NCBI RefSeq assembly: GCF_001481685.1 | Contig: NZ_CP006867.1 | Span: 390,001 to 422,000 of the forward strand | Source: Ignicoccus islandicus DSM 13165 | GTDB lineage: Archaea > Thermoproteota > Thermoprotei_A > Sulfolobales > Ignicoccaceae | Reading direction: 5' to 3' | Length of the DNA: 32,000 nt | Translations under genes and position numbers: made by a program | Shown here: in pieces, positions 17,727 to 26,420 of the stretch | Position numbering within the stretch: the first letter of the stretch is position 1 | Layout: each line of letters opens with the position of its first letter | The notes under the pieces: generated by a model | The model's input: the letters and a program-made list of their open reading frames with translations, nothing else | Databases searched by the model: none | What the model was told of the DNA's origin: nothing

Positions 17727-18784
17727 GGTCTAACTGGAACTAGGTACTTGAGGCCTTCGTCCTCTGGTAGACCCAACATTAAGTTCATGTTTTGAACTGC
17801 CACTCCGGCAGCGCCTTTCATTAGGTTATCTATTGCCGCGAACATTGCTATTCTGCCTACCCTCTTATCTACCGCGAAACCTACCTCAGCGTAGTTGCTA
17901 CCGTAGACGTTCTTCACGTCCGGATAAGGCATGGGAGCGCCCCTTACTATCTTAACAAATGGTTTCTTTGCATAGAACTTCGCGTATGCCCTTTGAACGT
18001 CTAATTCGCTTACATCTCTAGTGAGCCAAGAATACGCTGAGGCGAGGGACCCCCTTATCATGCTGACTGCGTGGGGAGTGAAAGCAACCTTGACGTCCCT
18101 ACCGGTGAACTCCCTTAAAACTTGCTCGAGTTCCGCTACGTGTCTGTGTCCACTAGCGTCGTACGGTCTCGCAGTTCCTTCCCTCTCCGGATGATGGCCC
18201 CCTCGGTAGGGCTTAGCGCCTGCTTCGGAGGAACCAACCTTCACGTCTACAACTAGGTGATCCAAATCTATCAAGCCTTCCGCCGCTACTGGGACTGTCG
18301 CGAGGATCGAGGAGGAAGCGTTACAGCCGGGGTTCGCTACCAGTTGAGCCCCCTTTATTTTCTCAGAGTAAAGTTCCGGTATTCCGTATACGGCCTTTTC
18401 GAGTATATCGGGGTATGGATGTTCGTATCCATACCATATCTTGTAATCTTCCAGTCTCTTTAACCTATAATCGGCACTTAGGTCCACGACCTTCAAACCT
18501 ATTTCAAGTGCCTTCGGAACGTAGTGGAGCGAGACCTTATGAGGAAGCGCTAGGAACACTAAATCTACGTCCCCAACTACTTCAGATAACTGATCGGGGT
18601 TGTCCAACTTCTTGAACTTAAGTTTATAGAAACCCCTGAGGTGCGGGTGTGCGTAGTATACGAACTTTCCCGCATATTCCCTCGAAGTCGCAACGCTAAC
18701 CTCTACTTGAGGGTGAACTGCGAGTATCCTAAGTAACTCTCCTCCGGTGTACCCTGAGGCCCCGACTATTGCTACCCTATACAT
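17723..18784 (-). CDS. lysY/argC: N-acetyl-gamma-glutamyl-phosphate / LysW-aminoadipyl-phosphate reductase
   Basis: 'MYRVAIVGASGYTGGELLRIL', 'LVANPGCNASSSILA', 'FTPHAVSMIRG'. Confidence 0.95.
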   Translation of the reverse strand: MYRVAIVGASGYTGGELLRILAVHPQVEVSVATSREYAGKFVYYAHPHLRGFYKLKFKKLDNPDQLSEVVGDVDLVFLALPHKVSLHYVPKALEIGLKVVDLSADYRLKRLEDYKIWYGYEHPYPDILEKAVYGIPELYSEKIKGAQLVANPGCNASSSILATVPVAAEGLIDLDHLVVDVKVGSSEAGAKPYRGGHHPEREGTARPYDASGHRHVAELEQVLREFTGRDVKVAFTPHAVSMIRGSLASAYSWLTRDVSELDVQRAYAKFYAKKPFVKIVRGAPMPYPDVKNVYGSNYAEVGFAVDKRVGRIAMFAAIDNLMKGAAGVAVQNMNLMLGLPEDEGLKYLVPVRP

Positions 18785-18873
18785 TTAAACAACCCATTAC
18801 TCACCAACTGAAACTGAATAAAGGGTTTACGCGTATATATGTCTCCACAACTAGTTAACTCAGGGGATAGTTA

Positions 18874-19422
18874 GTGAATGGCGAGGCTTCTACTAAAGAG
18901 AAAATCCTTCAAGCCGCCCGAAAGGTGTTCGCCGAAAAGGGATTCTTAAAAGCTTCCGTTGAAAGCATAGCCCGAGAGGCTGAAGTTTCCAAGAGCTTGG
19001 TATTCTGGTATTTCAAAAACAAAGACGAATTGATCAAGGAAGTAGTTAAAGACATATTGCCCGGAAAGGCCGTCGAGGAATGCTTATCGAAAAACATCAA
19101 GGGCGAAGAGCTAGTTAGGTGTTTCATTGAAAGGTACGTTAAGTTGCTCTCGGATCCCTTGAACAAGAAGCTTGCAATTCACTTAATGGGATTGTCTCTA
19201 GTCCACCCAAACTATAAGAAGTTATATGACGAGTTTTGCGAAGAAGCACTAAGGGAACTGGCTAGAAGGTTATTCTGCAGAGAACCAGACGAGGTCGATA
19301 TGGCTACTGTAAGGGGTTTGAACGGCTTGGTCCTATGTAACTCGGCAAGGGGTTACGACAAGGTTGAGGTACTCGCATCCATAGCGATACCTCTCCTAAA
19401 AGAGAGGGGGCTATGTACTTAA
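18874..19422 (+). CDS. TetR/AcrR-family transcriptional regulator
   Basis: N-terminal HTH 'KEKILQAARKVFAEKGFLKASVESIAREAEVSKSLVFWYFKNKDELIKEVV'. GTG start. Confidence 0.93.
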   Translation: MNGEASTKEKILQAARKVFAEKGFLKASVESIAREAEVSKSLVFWYFKNKDELIKEVVKDILPGKAVEECLSKNIKGEELVRCFIERYVKLLSDPLNKKLAIHLMGLSLVHPNYKKLYDEFCEEALRELARRLFCREPDEVDMATVRGLNGLVLCNSARGYDKVEVLASIAIPLLKERGLCT

Positions 19423-19430
19423 TTTATAAA
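19420..19430 (+). promoter_or_regulatory. TATA-box-like element for HSP20
   Basis: aatttataaaaatt at the very 3' end of the TetR ORF, ~35 bp upstream of ATG 19464. Confidence 0.5.
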
Positions 19431-19463
19431 AATTTCCATTTAATTACCGCTTGGGTAAGAGAT

Positions 19464-19997
19464 ATGTTCTGGAGGAGAAGGAACATATTCGATTTGTTTG
19501 ATTACTTACTTAGAGACATCGAAAAGGAGTTACAACTCTTCGAAACTGAAGTAGAGAGGCTCATTGAAGAGGCCGCCAGAAGCGGCGAAGTGAGGGTCGA
19601 GAGATACGGACCATACGTTTACGGGTTTTCAATAACTATAGGACCCGATGGAAGGCCCATAATAAGGGAGTTCGGTAACATAAGGAGAGGTCTCGAAGGC
19701 ACTAAGGTAGAGGAGGAGTTCGAGCCTCTAGTCGATGTAATGGAGGACGAAGACAAGATTACTGTAGTAGCTGAGTTACCAGGTGTTAAGAAGGAAAACG
19801 TAAAGGTAAAGGTAGGCAAGGACTACGTTGAGATAAGGGCTTCGAACGGTAAGAAGTTCTATAAGAGAGTGGCCTTACCGGCCAAAGTGAAGCCCGAAAC
19901 TGCTAAGGCCAACTTCAACAACGGCGTATTGGAAGTAACTGTCGAGAAGGCCGAAAAGGGTAAGAAGGAAGGAGAAGTAGAAGTTACTCCTGAGTAA
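19464..19997 (+). CDS. hsp20: small heat shock protein, HSP20/alpha-crystallin family
   Basis: 'DKITVVAELPGVKKENVKVKVGKDYVEIRASNGKKFYKRVALPAKVKPETAKANFNNGVLEVTVEK'. Start placed at MFWRRRNIFDLF (track ORF 19413..19997). Confidence 0.93.
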   Translation: MFWRRRNIFDLFDYLLRDIEKELQLFETEVERLIEEAARSGEVRVERYGPYVYGFSITIGPDGRPIIREFGNIRRGLEGTKVEEEFEPLVDVMEDEDKITVVAELPGVKKENVKVKVGKDYVEIRASNGKKFYKRVALPAKVKPETAKANFNNGVLEVTVEKAEKGKKEGEVEVTPE

Positions 19998-20400
19998 CGC
20001 TACTTCGAACCTTTCTTATCCTCCTCTTAAGCCTCGAACTCTTGTTCTTGCTTTTCATTTCCTCTAACACTCTTTCTACTATACTCTTCACCTTAGGCTT
20101 ATTATCGTACTTCCCATCCCTATATTTCTTAATGACCTCCTTCACTGGAACAGTCTTCGTTTTAGTACTCTCTATATCGAAAACTAGCTCCGCACCGCAC
20201 TTGGGACACCTCCCGTAACGATTAACTATAGAGTACAGAGATGGTATTCCCTTACTGTCTCCTCCCACAAATACTTCAATAACGCTGTTACATGAACTAC
20301 AAACGTAGACGATAGGCAATATTTTACCCCCCAATGTGGTAATACTTTTCCAAGTACTTGAAGATGGGAAGGCGAGTTGTATACATCTTAGGGTCGCCAA
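19984..20400 (-). CDS. zinc-ribbon protein of unknown function
   Basis: 'YVCSSCNSVIEVFVGGDSKGIPSLYSIVNRYGRCPKCGAELVFD' (CxxC...CxxC). Real start is probably the internal ATA/GTT-proximal region before VYVCSSC; basic C-terminus. Confidence 0.7.
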   Translation of the reverse strand: MATLRCIQLAFPSSSTWKSITTLGGKILPIVYVCSSCNSVIEVFVGGDSKGIPSLYSIVNRYGRCPKCGAELVFDIESTKTKTVPVKEVIKKYRDGKYDNKPKVKSIVERVLEEMKSKNKSSRLKRRIRKVRSSVTQE

Positions 20401-20566
20401 AGGCCAATCTCTTCATAAATCAGTAGTTCGGGCACGCTCATTCCCGTTAACCTCTCCTTAGAGCCTTTAAGAACCACGAGTTCGAATTCACTCAAAGAGT
20501 TCAAACTCTGAGGTCCGCGACGTCTCACTGAATTAAGTCTGCGATTTGAGGAGAGTTTTAGGTGTT

Positions 20567-20664
20567 TGGCGGCCCCGCCGGGATTTGAACCCGGGACTAC
20601 CGGCTATCCTCGAATCCGTAGGGCTTAGAAGGCCGGCGCCCTGTCCTGGCTAGGCGACGGGGCC
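20567..20664 (-). tRNA. tRNA-Arg (TCT) with ~20-nt intron after position 37; CCA encoded
   Basis: Reverse complement GGCCCCGTCGCCTAGCCAGGACAGGGCGCCGGCCTTCTA|AGCCCTACGGATTCGAGGAT|AGCCGGTAGTCCCGGGTTCAAATCCCGGCGGGGCCGCCA; acceptor GGCCCCG/CGGGGCC. Confidence 0.93.
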
Positions 20665-20758
20665 CCATTTGTTCCGTCACCTGAATTCATCTAAAAAGCT
20701 TTCCCCTAGAGGATGACCTTTATGAAGGCTAATACCTTAACTGATTACGGGAACCTCT

Positions 20759-21841
20759 TTGGTCAATTTAGACGAGATCTTTAAGCCTATCTACTTCAAA
20801 GACGGACAGATGTTTTGGATCGATACGAGATACATACCATGGGAAGAAATATGGAGACATACGAAGGACTACAATAGGGTTGCACAAGCTATAAAAGACA
20901 TGGAAATAAGAGGGGCACCGGCCATAGGAGTTGCCGCGGCCTTCGGTATGGCGTTAGCAGCAATCTATTCAAATGCAAGAAATATCGATGAATTACTAAA
21001 GGACTTGGAAAAAGCTAAGGAAGTTCTATCTAAGACTAGACCAACCGCGGTTAACTTATTCTGGGCGCTCGACCGAGTGATGCAAGCAGCATTGAAGGCC
21101 TCGGAGAGCGGTGACGTGGAGAAGGTAAGAGAGGTCGTACTTAACGAGGCTTACGCTATCCAAAGGGAAGATATCGAACAGAACGTAAGGATGGGCAAAA
21201 TAGGGGCCGAGTTAATAGAAGACGGAGACGTGATACTAACCCATTGCAACACTGGCGCGTTGGCTACTGCCGGCTACGGCACTGCATTAGGAGTAATAAG
21301 AGCCGCATGGGAGCAGGGTAAGAGAATAGAAGTGATTGCAACGGAAACGAGACCAGTAGCTCAAGGAGCGAGGTTAACCGTCTGGGAATTAGTGAGAGAA
21401 GGCATTCCAGCCAAATTAATAAGCGACACCATGGTAGGATATCTAATGAGTAAGAAGAAGATAAGTAAAGTATTCTTGGGTGCAGACAGGATACTTCTGA
21501 GCGGTCACTTCGCTAACAAGATAGGTACTTATCAAATAGCGGTATTAGCCCACTATCACAAAGTACCTTTCTACACTGTTGCTCCTACATCTACGATAGA
21601 TCCGAAGAGGACGTTAGATCAATTGGTAATTGAAGAGAGGAGTCCAGAAGAAGTTAGGAGATGTCCCTATCCATACGAGAAAATTTACGTAACTGTGCCT
21701 TCGATAGATGTGTATAATCCGGCGTTCGACGTAACGCCGCCGGAATTGGTAACCGGAATAGTTACTGAAGAGGGCGTAGCGTATCCGCCTTATTGGGTAA
21801 GCCTTAGGGAAATAATGAGAAAGAAGGGATATCAAATCTAA
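20759..21841 (+). CDS. mtnA: S-methyl-5-thioribose-1-phosphate isomerase
   Basis: 'MEIRGAPAIGVAAAFGMALA', 'ILTHCNTGALATAGYGTALGVIRAA', 'VIATETRPVAQGARLTVWEL', 'VFLGADRILLSGHFANKIGTYQIAVLAHYHKVPFYTVAPTSTID'. Confidence 0.94.
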   Translation: MVNLDEIFKPIYFKDGQMFWIDTRYIPWEEIWRHTKDYNRVAQAIKDMEIRGAPAIGVAAAFGMALAAIYSNARNIDELLKDLEKAKEVLSKTRPTAVNLFWALDRVMQAALKASESGDVEKVREVVLNEAYAIQREDIEQNVRMGKIGAELIEDGDVILTHCNTGALATAGYGTALGVIRAAWEQGKRIEVIATETRPVAQGARLTVWELVREGIPAKLISDTMVGYLMSKKKISKVFLGADRILLSGHFANKIGTYQIAVLAHYHKVPFYTVAPTSTIDPKRTLDQLVIEERSPEEVRRCPYPYEKIYVTVPSIDVYNPAFDVTPPELVTGIVTEEGVAYPPYWVSLREIMRKKGYQI

Positions 21842-21981
21842 GCGAAGTACGCAGCAATAGCTGCTATGGAAGCGAAGGAGGCTGGGCACAAGAGCTTGCT
21901 CAGTTCCACGTTATGTGTACACACTTGATAGCTCACTAAGAAAGCGATAACGAGAACGAGTATCACTAACGTTAATTCCAT
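21838..21981 (-). CDS. possible 47-aa small membrane protein
   Basis: MELTLVILVLVIAFLVSYQVCTHNVELSKLLCPASFASIAAIAAYFA; starts 6 nt after the radical SAM gene stop on the same strand, with GGTGGTGA just upstream. Confidence 0.5.
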   Translation of the reverse strand: MELTLVILVLVIAFLVSYQVCTHNVELSKLLCPASFASIAAIAAYFA

Positions 21982-21987
21982 CCAAAC

Positions 21988-23070
21988 TCACCACCACGTT
22001 GTCCCATGGAATCTGCCTTTGAAATTGAGTTTGTAGCCGCATTTGGGGCAACGGAAGTCTTCAGTTAACTTCCATGATACGATGTAGAAGCCGTATCTCT
22101 CAACTACTAACTCACCGCACTTAGGACAGTAGGTATTCTCTAGTGGATGTCCACCTACGTTGCCTATGTACACGTAATGCAGACCTACTTCCTCCTTAGC
22201 TATCTTAGCTAGTTTCTCTAAAGTCTCCACGGGAGTTGGGGGGAAGTCTCTCATTAGGTAATCTGGATGGAAGCGAAGTAAATGGAAAGGTATTTCCGGA
22301 CCCAAGTTGTCCTTAATCCATTGAGCTAGGTTCCTCAAGTCTTCTTCCTTGTCTCCTACTTTTGGAACTATTAAGTCTGTCACTTCAATAAACCATCCAA
22401 CTTCCTTCATGACTTTTAAGCTCTCGAAAATCGGGGCTGGGTCTGGTACCGCCATATACCTTCTATAGAATTCCTTATTTGCAGATCCCTTGAAGTCTAC
22501 GGTAACGGCATCCATGTAAGGGCCTAACTTCCTTATTGCTTCAGGAGTCATGTAGCCGTTTGTAACCATGGTAGTAAAGAGTCCTTCCTTCTTAGCTATT
22601 TTAGCAACGTCATACATGTACTCGAAGAATATAGTGGGCTCGTTGTAGGTAAAGCTTATTCCGTCAGCACCCATCTCCTTAGCTAACTGAACGACCTTCT
22701 CGGGCTCCAGGTACCTCCCGTATATCTCTTCCCTCCTAGCTTGACTTATCTCCCAGTTCTGACAGAATCTGCAGAAGAAGTTGCAACCTGCCGTACTTAT
22801 ACTAAATACCTTCGAACCAGGCTCGAAGTGTAATAGAGGTTTCTTCTCAATTGGATCGACATTGGCGGCAGTGAGAAGTCCGTAAACTAAAGTGTATAGT
22901 TTGCCTCCTATGTTAGCCCTGACGCCACAAACGCCGTAAGTATCGGGTGGTAACTTACACTTCCTCCAACATAAATCGCATTCAACCCATCCGTTACCTA
23001 AGTCCTTCGTTAGATCCTTATCGGCTTCCCTAACCCATTTCTTCCCTAGCCAGAAATCGAGCTTTCCCAA
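21988..23070 (-). CDS. amrS: AmmeMemoRadiSam system radical SAM protein (AmrS-like, PflA-related)
   Basis: 'ECDLCWRKCKLPPDTYGVCGVRANIGGKLYTLVYG', radical SAM 'GCNFFCRFCQNWEIS', 'FTYNEPTIFFEYMYD', 'LLRFHPDY', C-terminal zinc ribbon CPKCG..CPKCG. Confidence 0.92.
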   Translation of the reverse strand: MGKLDFWLGKKWVREADKDLTKDLGNGWVECDLCWRKCKLPPDTYGVCGVRANIGGKLYTLVYGLLTAANVDPIEKKPLLHFEPGSKVFSISTAGCNFFCRFCQNWEISQARREEIYGRYLEPEKVVQLAKEMGADGISFTYNEPTIFFEYMYDVAKIAKKEGLFTTMVTNGYMTPEAIRKLGPYMDAVTVDFKGSANKEFYRRYMAVPDPAPIFESLKVMKEVGWFIEVTDLIVPKVGDKEEDLRNLAQWIKDNLGPEIPFHLLRFHPDYLMRDFPPTPVETLEKLAKIAKEEVGLHYVYIGNVGGHPLENTYCPKCGELVVERYGFYIVSWKLTEDFRCPKCGYKLNFKGRFHGTTWW

Positions 23071-23141
23071 TCTCTATACCCATCTATTGAAATGTAGAAC
23101 ATGGAGTTTAAAGTGGAGGTCCGATATCGCTCAGAATAAAA

Positions 23142-23654
23142 TTACTCGCCCTTCTTTCTAACTACGAGTACCGGACAGTGGGCGTGATTGGAGACGTATC
23201 TGGCAACGCTACCCAATATCAAGGCCTTTATTCCGCTCAGACCCCTGGTCCCCATTGCTATGAGATCTACATCCAGTTCCTCCGCGGTTTGAACTATTGT
23301 TTTCCCGACGTGACCTTCCTTTATTAGGCCTTCGACTTCGAATCCTTTTTCCTTAGCCTTGGCCTCTCCCTCCTCAATTATTTTCTTAGCGTTTTCCTTT
23401 AATTCCTCAAGTAGCTGGACGACCAGCGACGGCGGAGCCACTGACTCTATACCAAACTCTTCTAAGCTAGGTATAACGTGAAGGAGTATCAACTTCCATT
23501 TGCTTTTATCCAGTAGATCTAATACATATTCTAATGCGTACTTACTATATTCCGAACCGTCGAGGGCAACTATAGCCTTTTTCAAAACTTTTCCCTCTCC
23601 CATACTACTTTCTTGAAAAGGGATTATTAGATGAATCCCTCTTAAGTTACTCAA
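23142..23654 (-). CDS. universal stress protein (UspA family)
   Basis: 'KKAIVALDGSEYSKYALEYVLDLL' and 'DLIAMGTRGLSGIKALILGSVARYVSNHAHCPVLVVR'. Likely start at the internal MGEGKVLKK. Confidence 0.93.
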   Translation of the reverse strand: MSNLRGIHLIIPFQESSMGEGKVLKKAIVALDGSEYSKYALEYVLDLLDKSKWKLILLHVIPSLEEFGIESVAPPSLVVQLLEELKENAKKIIEEGEAKAKEKGFEVEGLIKEGHVGKTIVQTAEELDVDLIAMGTRGLSGIKALILGSVARYVSNHAHCPVLVVRKKGE

Positions 23655-23844
23655 AGGGTTTCTTGAAAATTAGATAAATGCTGATTAAAGCTATTACTAG
23701 CGAGAGTATCGACATGATTAAGTACATAGTGTCGACCAAACTTCCCGGTCGGACTCTTTCGCATCGTTCGGCCACCAATAGCCTGATCACCTCCCTCCTC
23801 AACCCGGGACTGAAAGTTAGAACGTGGGTACTAGGGTTTCGCAA
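23647..23844 (-). CDS. possible small single-TM protein
   Basis: 65-aa ORF between ParA and UspA. Only the C-terminal MYLIMSILSLVIALISIYLIFKKPFE looks protein-like. Confidence 0.25.
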   Translation of the reverse strand: MRNPSTHVLTFSPGLRREVIRLLVAERCERVRPGSLVDTMYLIMSILSLVIALISIYLIFKKPFE

Positions 23845-24770
23845 TGAACATCTATTCTATTCTCTATTGCGGCTTCAATGTAATCCACGAACCTCTTTAT
23901 TTGCAGTAATGCGGGACTGGATTCGGGAGTATAATTGAGGGACGCGGGAGAAGCTAGACCTCCAGCGAAAACGTCATAGAGCTTCCCGTCGAAGGGTACT
24001 ACCATCGCAACTCTTCCGTTAACCTTTTGACATAGATCGAGGACGTATTCCTTAGCTTTATTTATTTCATCCAAGTTAGGTCTAACCATGTTGACTACAG
24101 TTCCTAAAACGGGAATGTTTTTAGTATACCTTTCGTGCAGTTGACCGATTAGTTTTATCATGTTGGGAGAACTATCGGAAAGCAAGTTGAGCCAAGAGCT
24201 AGTCCTCGAGAGGAGTCTCTGGTAAGTGTAATATGCCGCCCAAGAGGGTACGGGGTAATCGTTGAAAACTACGTCGTACCTCTTAGCAAGCGTTTCAACT
24301 GCGTTCTTCATTTTGTCGACCGTTTGTATAACTTTAGATGGATCGTTCATCTCTTCTAAGAGTCTATTTATATTACCCGGTATGTCGTCGTTCGTTACTG
24401 CTGGAACGACGTTTATTGTAACTGATCCTCTCCTGCCGGTTATCGTAGTTTCCCTTACCGCAGAGAGTATGTCTACTTCACCGATTAACACTTTAACGAG
24501 ACTTGGACCTTCGCCTAAATCCTTCAATAATCTAAGTGAAAGTCGAGGAGACATTATGTCCCAATCGATGAAGACTATTTCCTTACCCCTCATAATTAAC
24601 TGAACTCCGCTTTCTAGCTGTATAGTTGTCTTACCGATACCTCCTTTGGGAGAAGAGTTTCCTATAGCATTCATAACGCTAACTCTTTCAGGCAATTTCT
24701 CCTCTTCAATAATTATCTCCTTAGGCTTCTTTCGAGCGAACAAGCGCGCTAATAGTTTCAAGATATTCAT
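23817..24770 (-). CDS. ParA/MinD-like P-loop ATPase
   Basis: 'GNSSPKGGIGKTTIQLESGVQLIMRGKEIVFIDWDIMSPRLSLRLL', '...VFNDYPVP', '...VNMVRPNLDEI'. Confidence 0.85.
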   Translation of the reverse strand: MNILKLLARLFARKKPKEIIIEEEKLPERVSVMNAIGNSSPKGGIGKTTIQLESGVQLIMRGKEIVFIDWDIMSPRLSLRLLKDLGEGPSLVKVLIGEVDILSAVRETTITGRRGSVTINVVPAVTNDDIPGNINRLLEEMNDPSKVIQTVDKMKNAVETLAKRYDVVFNDYPVPSWAAYYTYQRLLSRTSSWLNLLSDSSPNMIKLIGQLHERYTKNIPVLGTVVNMVRPNLDEINKAKEYVLDLCQKVNGRVAMVVPFDGKLYDVFAGGLASPASLNYTPESSPALLQIKRFVDYIEAAIENRIDVHCETLVPTF

Positions 24771-24837
24771 TTGATATCACCGTTCCCCAAAACGACTCCT
24801 TATTGTCTGTTATTTCTTGCATGGCTTAAACTTATAT

Positions 24838-26358
24838 TTATTCCTCGGTATATTTCACTTTTATCTTCATGTTTAACTTACTCTCAAGCTTCTTTAGTTT
24901 CTTAGCCTTCTTCAAGACGTTCTTTGACATCCATTTAGGTATCGTAACTACTACAGTTCCGTCCTTTACTTCAATAGATGTCGCCTCTGGTAATACCTTG
25001 TAAATCAAATTTTGGATCTTTTCGGCACCCTTGGTACCAATCCGCTTAACTGGAATAACCATGGTTTGCTCGCCCCAAGTATATATCTCGTATTCCAATT
25101 CGCCAGTCAAGAAGTTCCTAACTTCCACTACCGGTCTCGATAGGTCAGCCTCCTTTAGTCCAGTAGGTAGTTTGACGGTCATTTGAAGCTCGTAAACTTT
25201 AGCGACCTCACCGCTGTCAATGAAGATTACCGTATCTACGATGCTCGGGATCATACCGAGCTCCACTCTACCTATAAGCCTTTGAACGGCGTCTATTGGA
25301 GTAGTTGCGTGAACTACTCCCACCATGCCAATTCCCGCCATCCTTAGATCCGAATAGAGCTTGAAGTCTTCGTCAGTCCTCATTTCATCGAATATCGTGT
25401 AATCGGGCCTCGACAATAACAAGATAGCATAAAGTTCCTGCAAGCTCGTATGCTCTTTGGAATATTGAGTTATAGTGCTTGGAAGGATCATGTCCCTTGG
25501 GGACTCAATCGTCTTAACTATCTTCCCTTTCTCAGCATAGTACTCTGCTAAGGCTTGAGCGAAGGTGGTTTTACCAGCTCCAGGGGAACCTGCGATGAGA
25601 ATGCCTTCGGCCCTCTCTTCGAGCCTCTTTATTAGCTTCTCGGGGAGATCGTAATCGCTTAACTTGAGCTTAGCCACTGGCCTTACGGCAGTTATCTCCC
25701 ATCCATCGGAGAGCGGAGGCCTAGTTATTACGATTCTATACCTTCCCAGCTGAACTACGGTCGTTCCCTCTTTATCTACCTCGATATACGAATCCTTCCT
25801 AGATCTGGCTGCCTCGATTATTTCGAAGGCTATTTCCTCTAACTCGGAAGCAGTTAAGGGAGTCTCCCTAATGGTGACCATTTCCCAATCGCCAGGCCTT
25901 CCCTTCTTAGCCCTAGGAAGGTCTCCCTCCTTTAGGTGTATGCTCATTGTATCCTCGTCGAAGAATTCCTCGAACTTCAGTTTCAGAGGCTTAAAGTCAC
26001 CTATATAGAATACTCTTATCCCCATAGCCGTCGCTACTAAGCTCTGCACTCTATCGCTCGTAACTAAGATGCCATTGAGCTTTCTAACTAAATGTCTGAG
26101 AGCTTCGTTGACGTCTCTTTCCTTATCGTCGTAGAGCTCGAGTACGATTAAACCTTCCTTCTCTAAGTCCTTCAAGTTAGCTATTTCCTCTAGGCCAGTG
26201 ATTCCGGAAGCGAGGCCCTTCTTAGCCTCTTTTTCCAATTCCCTTATTATTGCCGTATGGAGGGCTATTCTCCCTCTGATGTATCCTGCCTTAATGAACT
26301 TAGTTAAGGTCCCTCTCAATATAGTGCTCATATCCGGGACGTAGACTTCTGACTCCAA
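24838..26358 (-). CDS. PIN-domain + VirB11/PilT-type ATPase with C-terminal KH domain
   Basis: N-terminal PIN ('VYVPDMSTILRG', 'ILVTSDRVQSLVATAMGIRVFYIG'), Walker A 'GILIAGSPGAGKTTFAQALAEYY', 'RPDYTIFDEMRTDEDFKLYSDLRMAGIGMVGVVHATTPIDAVQRLIGR', basic C-terminal KH-like segment. Confidence 0.92.
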   Translation of the reverse strand: MESEVYVPDMSTILRGTLTKFIKAGYIRGRIALHTAIIRELEKEAKKGLASGITGLEEIANLKDLEKEGLIVLELYDDKERDVNEALRHLVRKLNGILVTSDRVQSLVATAMGIRVFYIGDFKPLKLKFEEFFDEDTMSIHLKEGDLPRAKKGRPGDWEMVTIRETPLTASELEEIAFEIIEAARSRKDSYIEVDKEGTTVVQLGRYRIVITRPPLSDGWEITAVRPVAKLKLSDYDLPEKLIKRLEERAEGILIAGSPGAGKTTFAQALAEYYAEKGKIVKTIESPRDMILPSTITQYSKEHTSLQELYAILLLSRPDYTIFDEMRTDEDFKLYSDLRMAGIGMVGVVHATTPIDAVQRLIGRVELGMIPSIVDTVIFIDSGEVAKVYELQMTVKLPTGLKEADLSRPVVEVRNFLTGELEYEIYTWGEQTMVIPVKRIGTKGAEKIQNLIYKVLPEATSIEVKDGTVVVTIPKWMSKNVLKKAKKLKKLESKLNMKIKVKYTEE

Positions 26359-26420
26359 TTACGATAGCCCCCATAACGTTTCAAATACGGACGAAAAAAG
26401 TTATTCGGTGGGTCTATTCC

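Noticed and set aside
24262-24603. 113-aa plus-strand ORF
   Set aside because: Antisense to the well-supported ParA/MinD-like gene.
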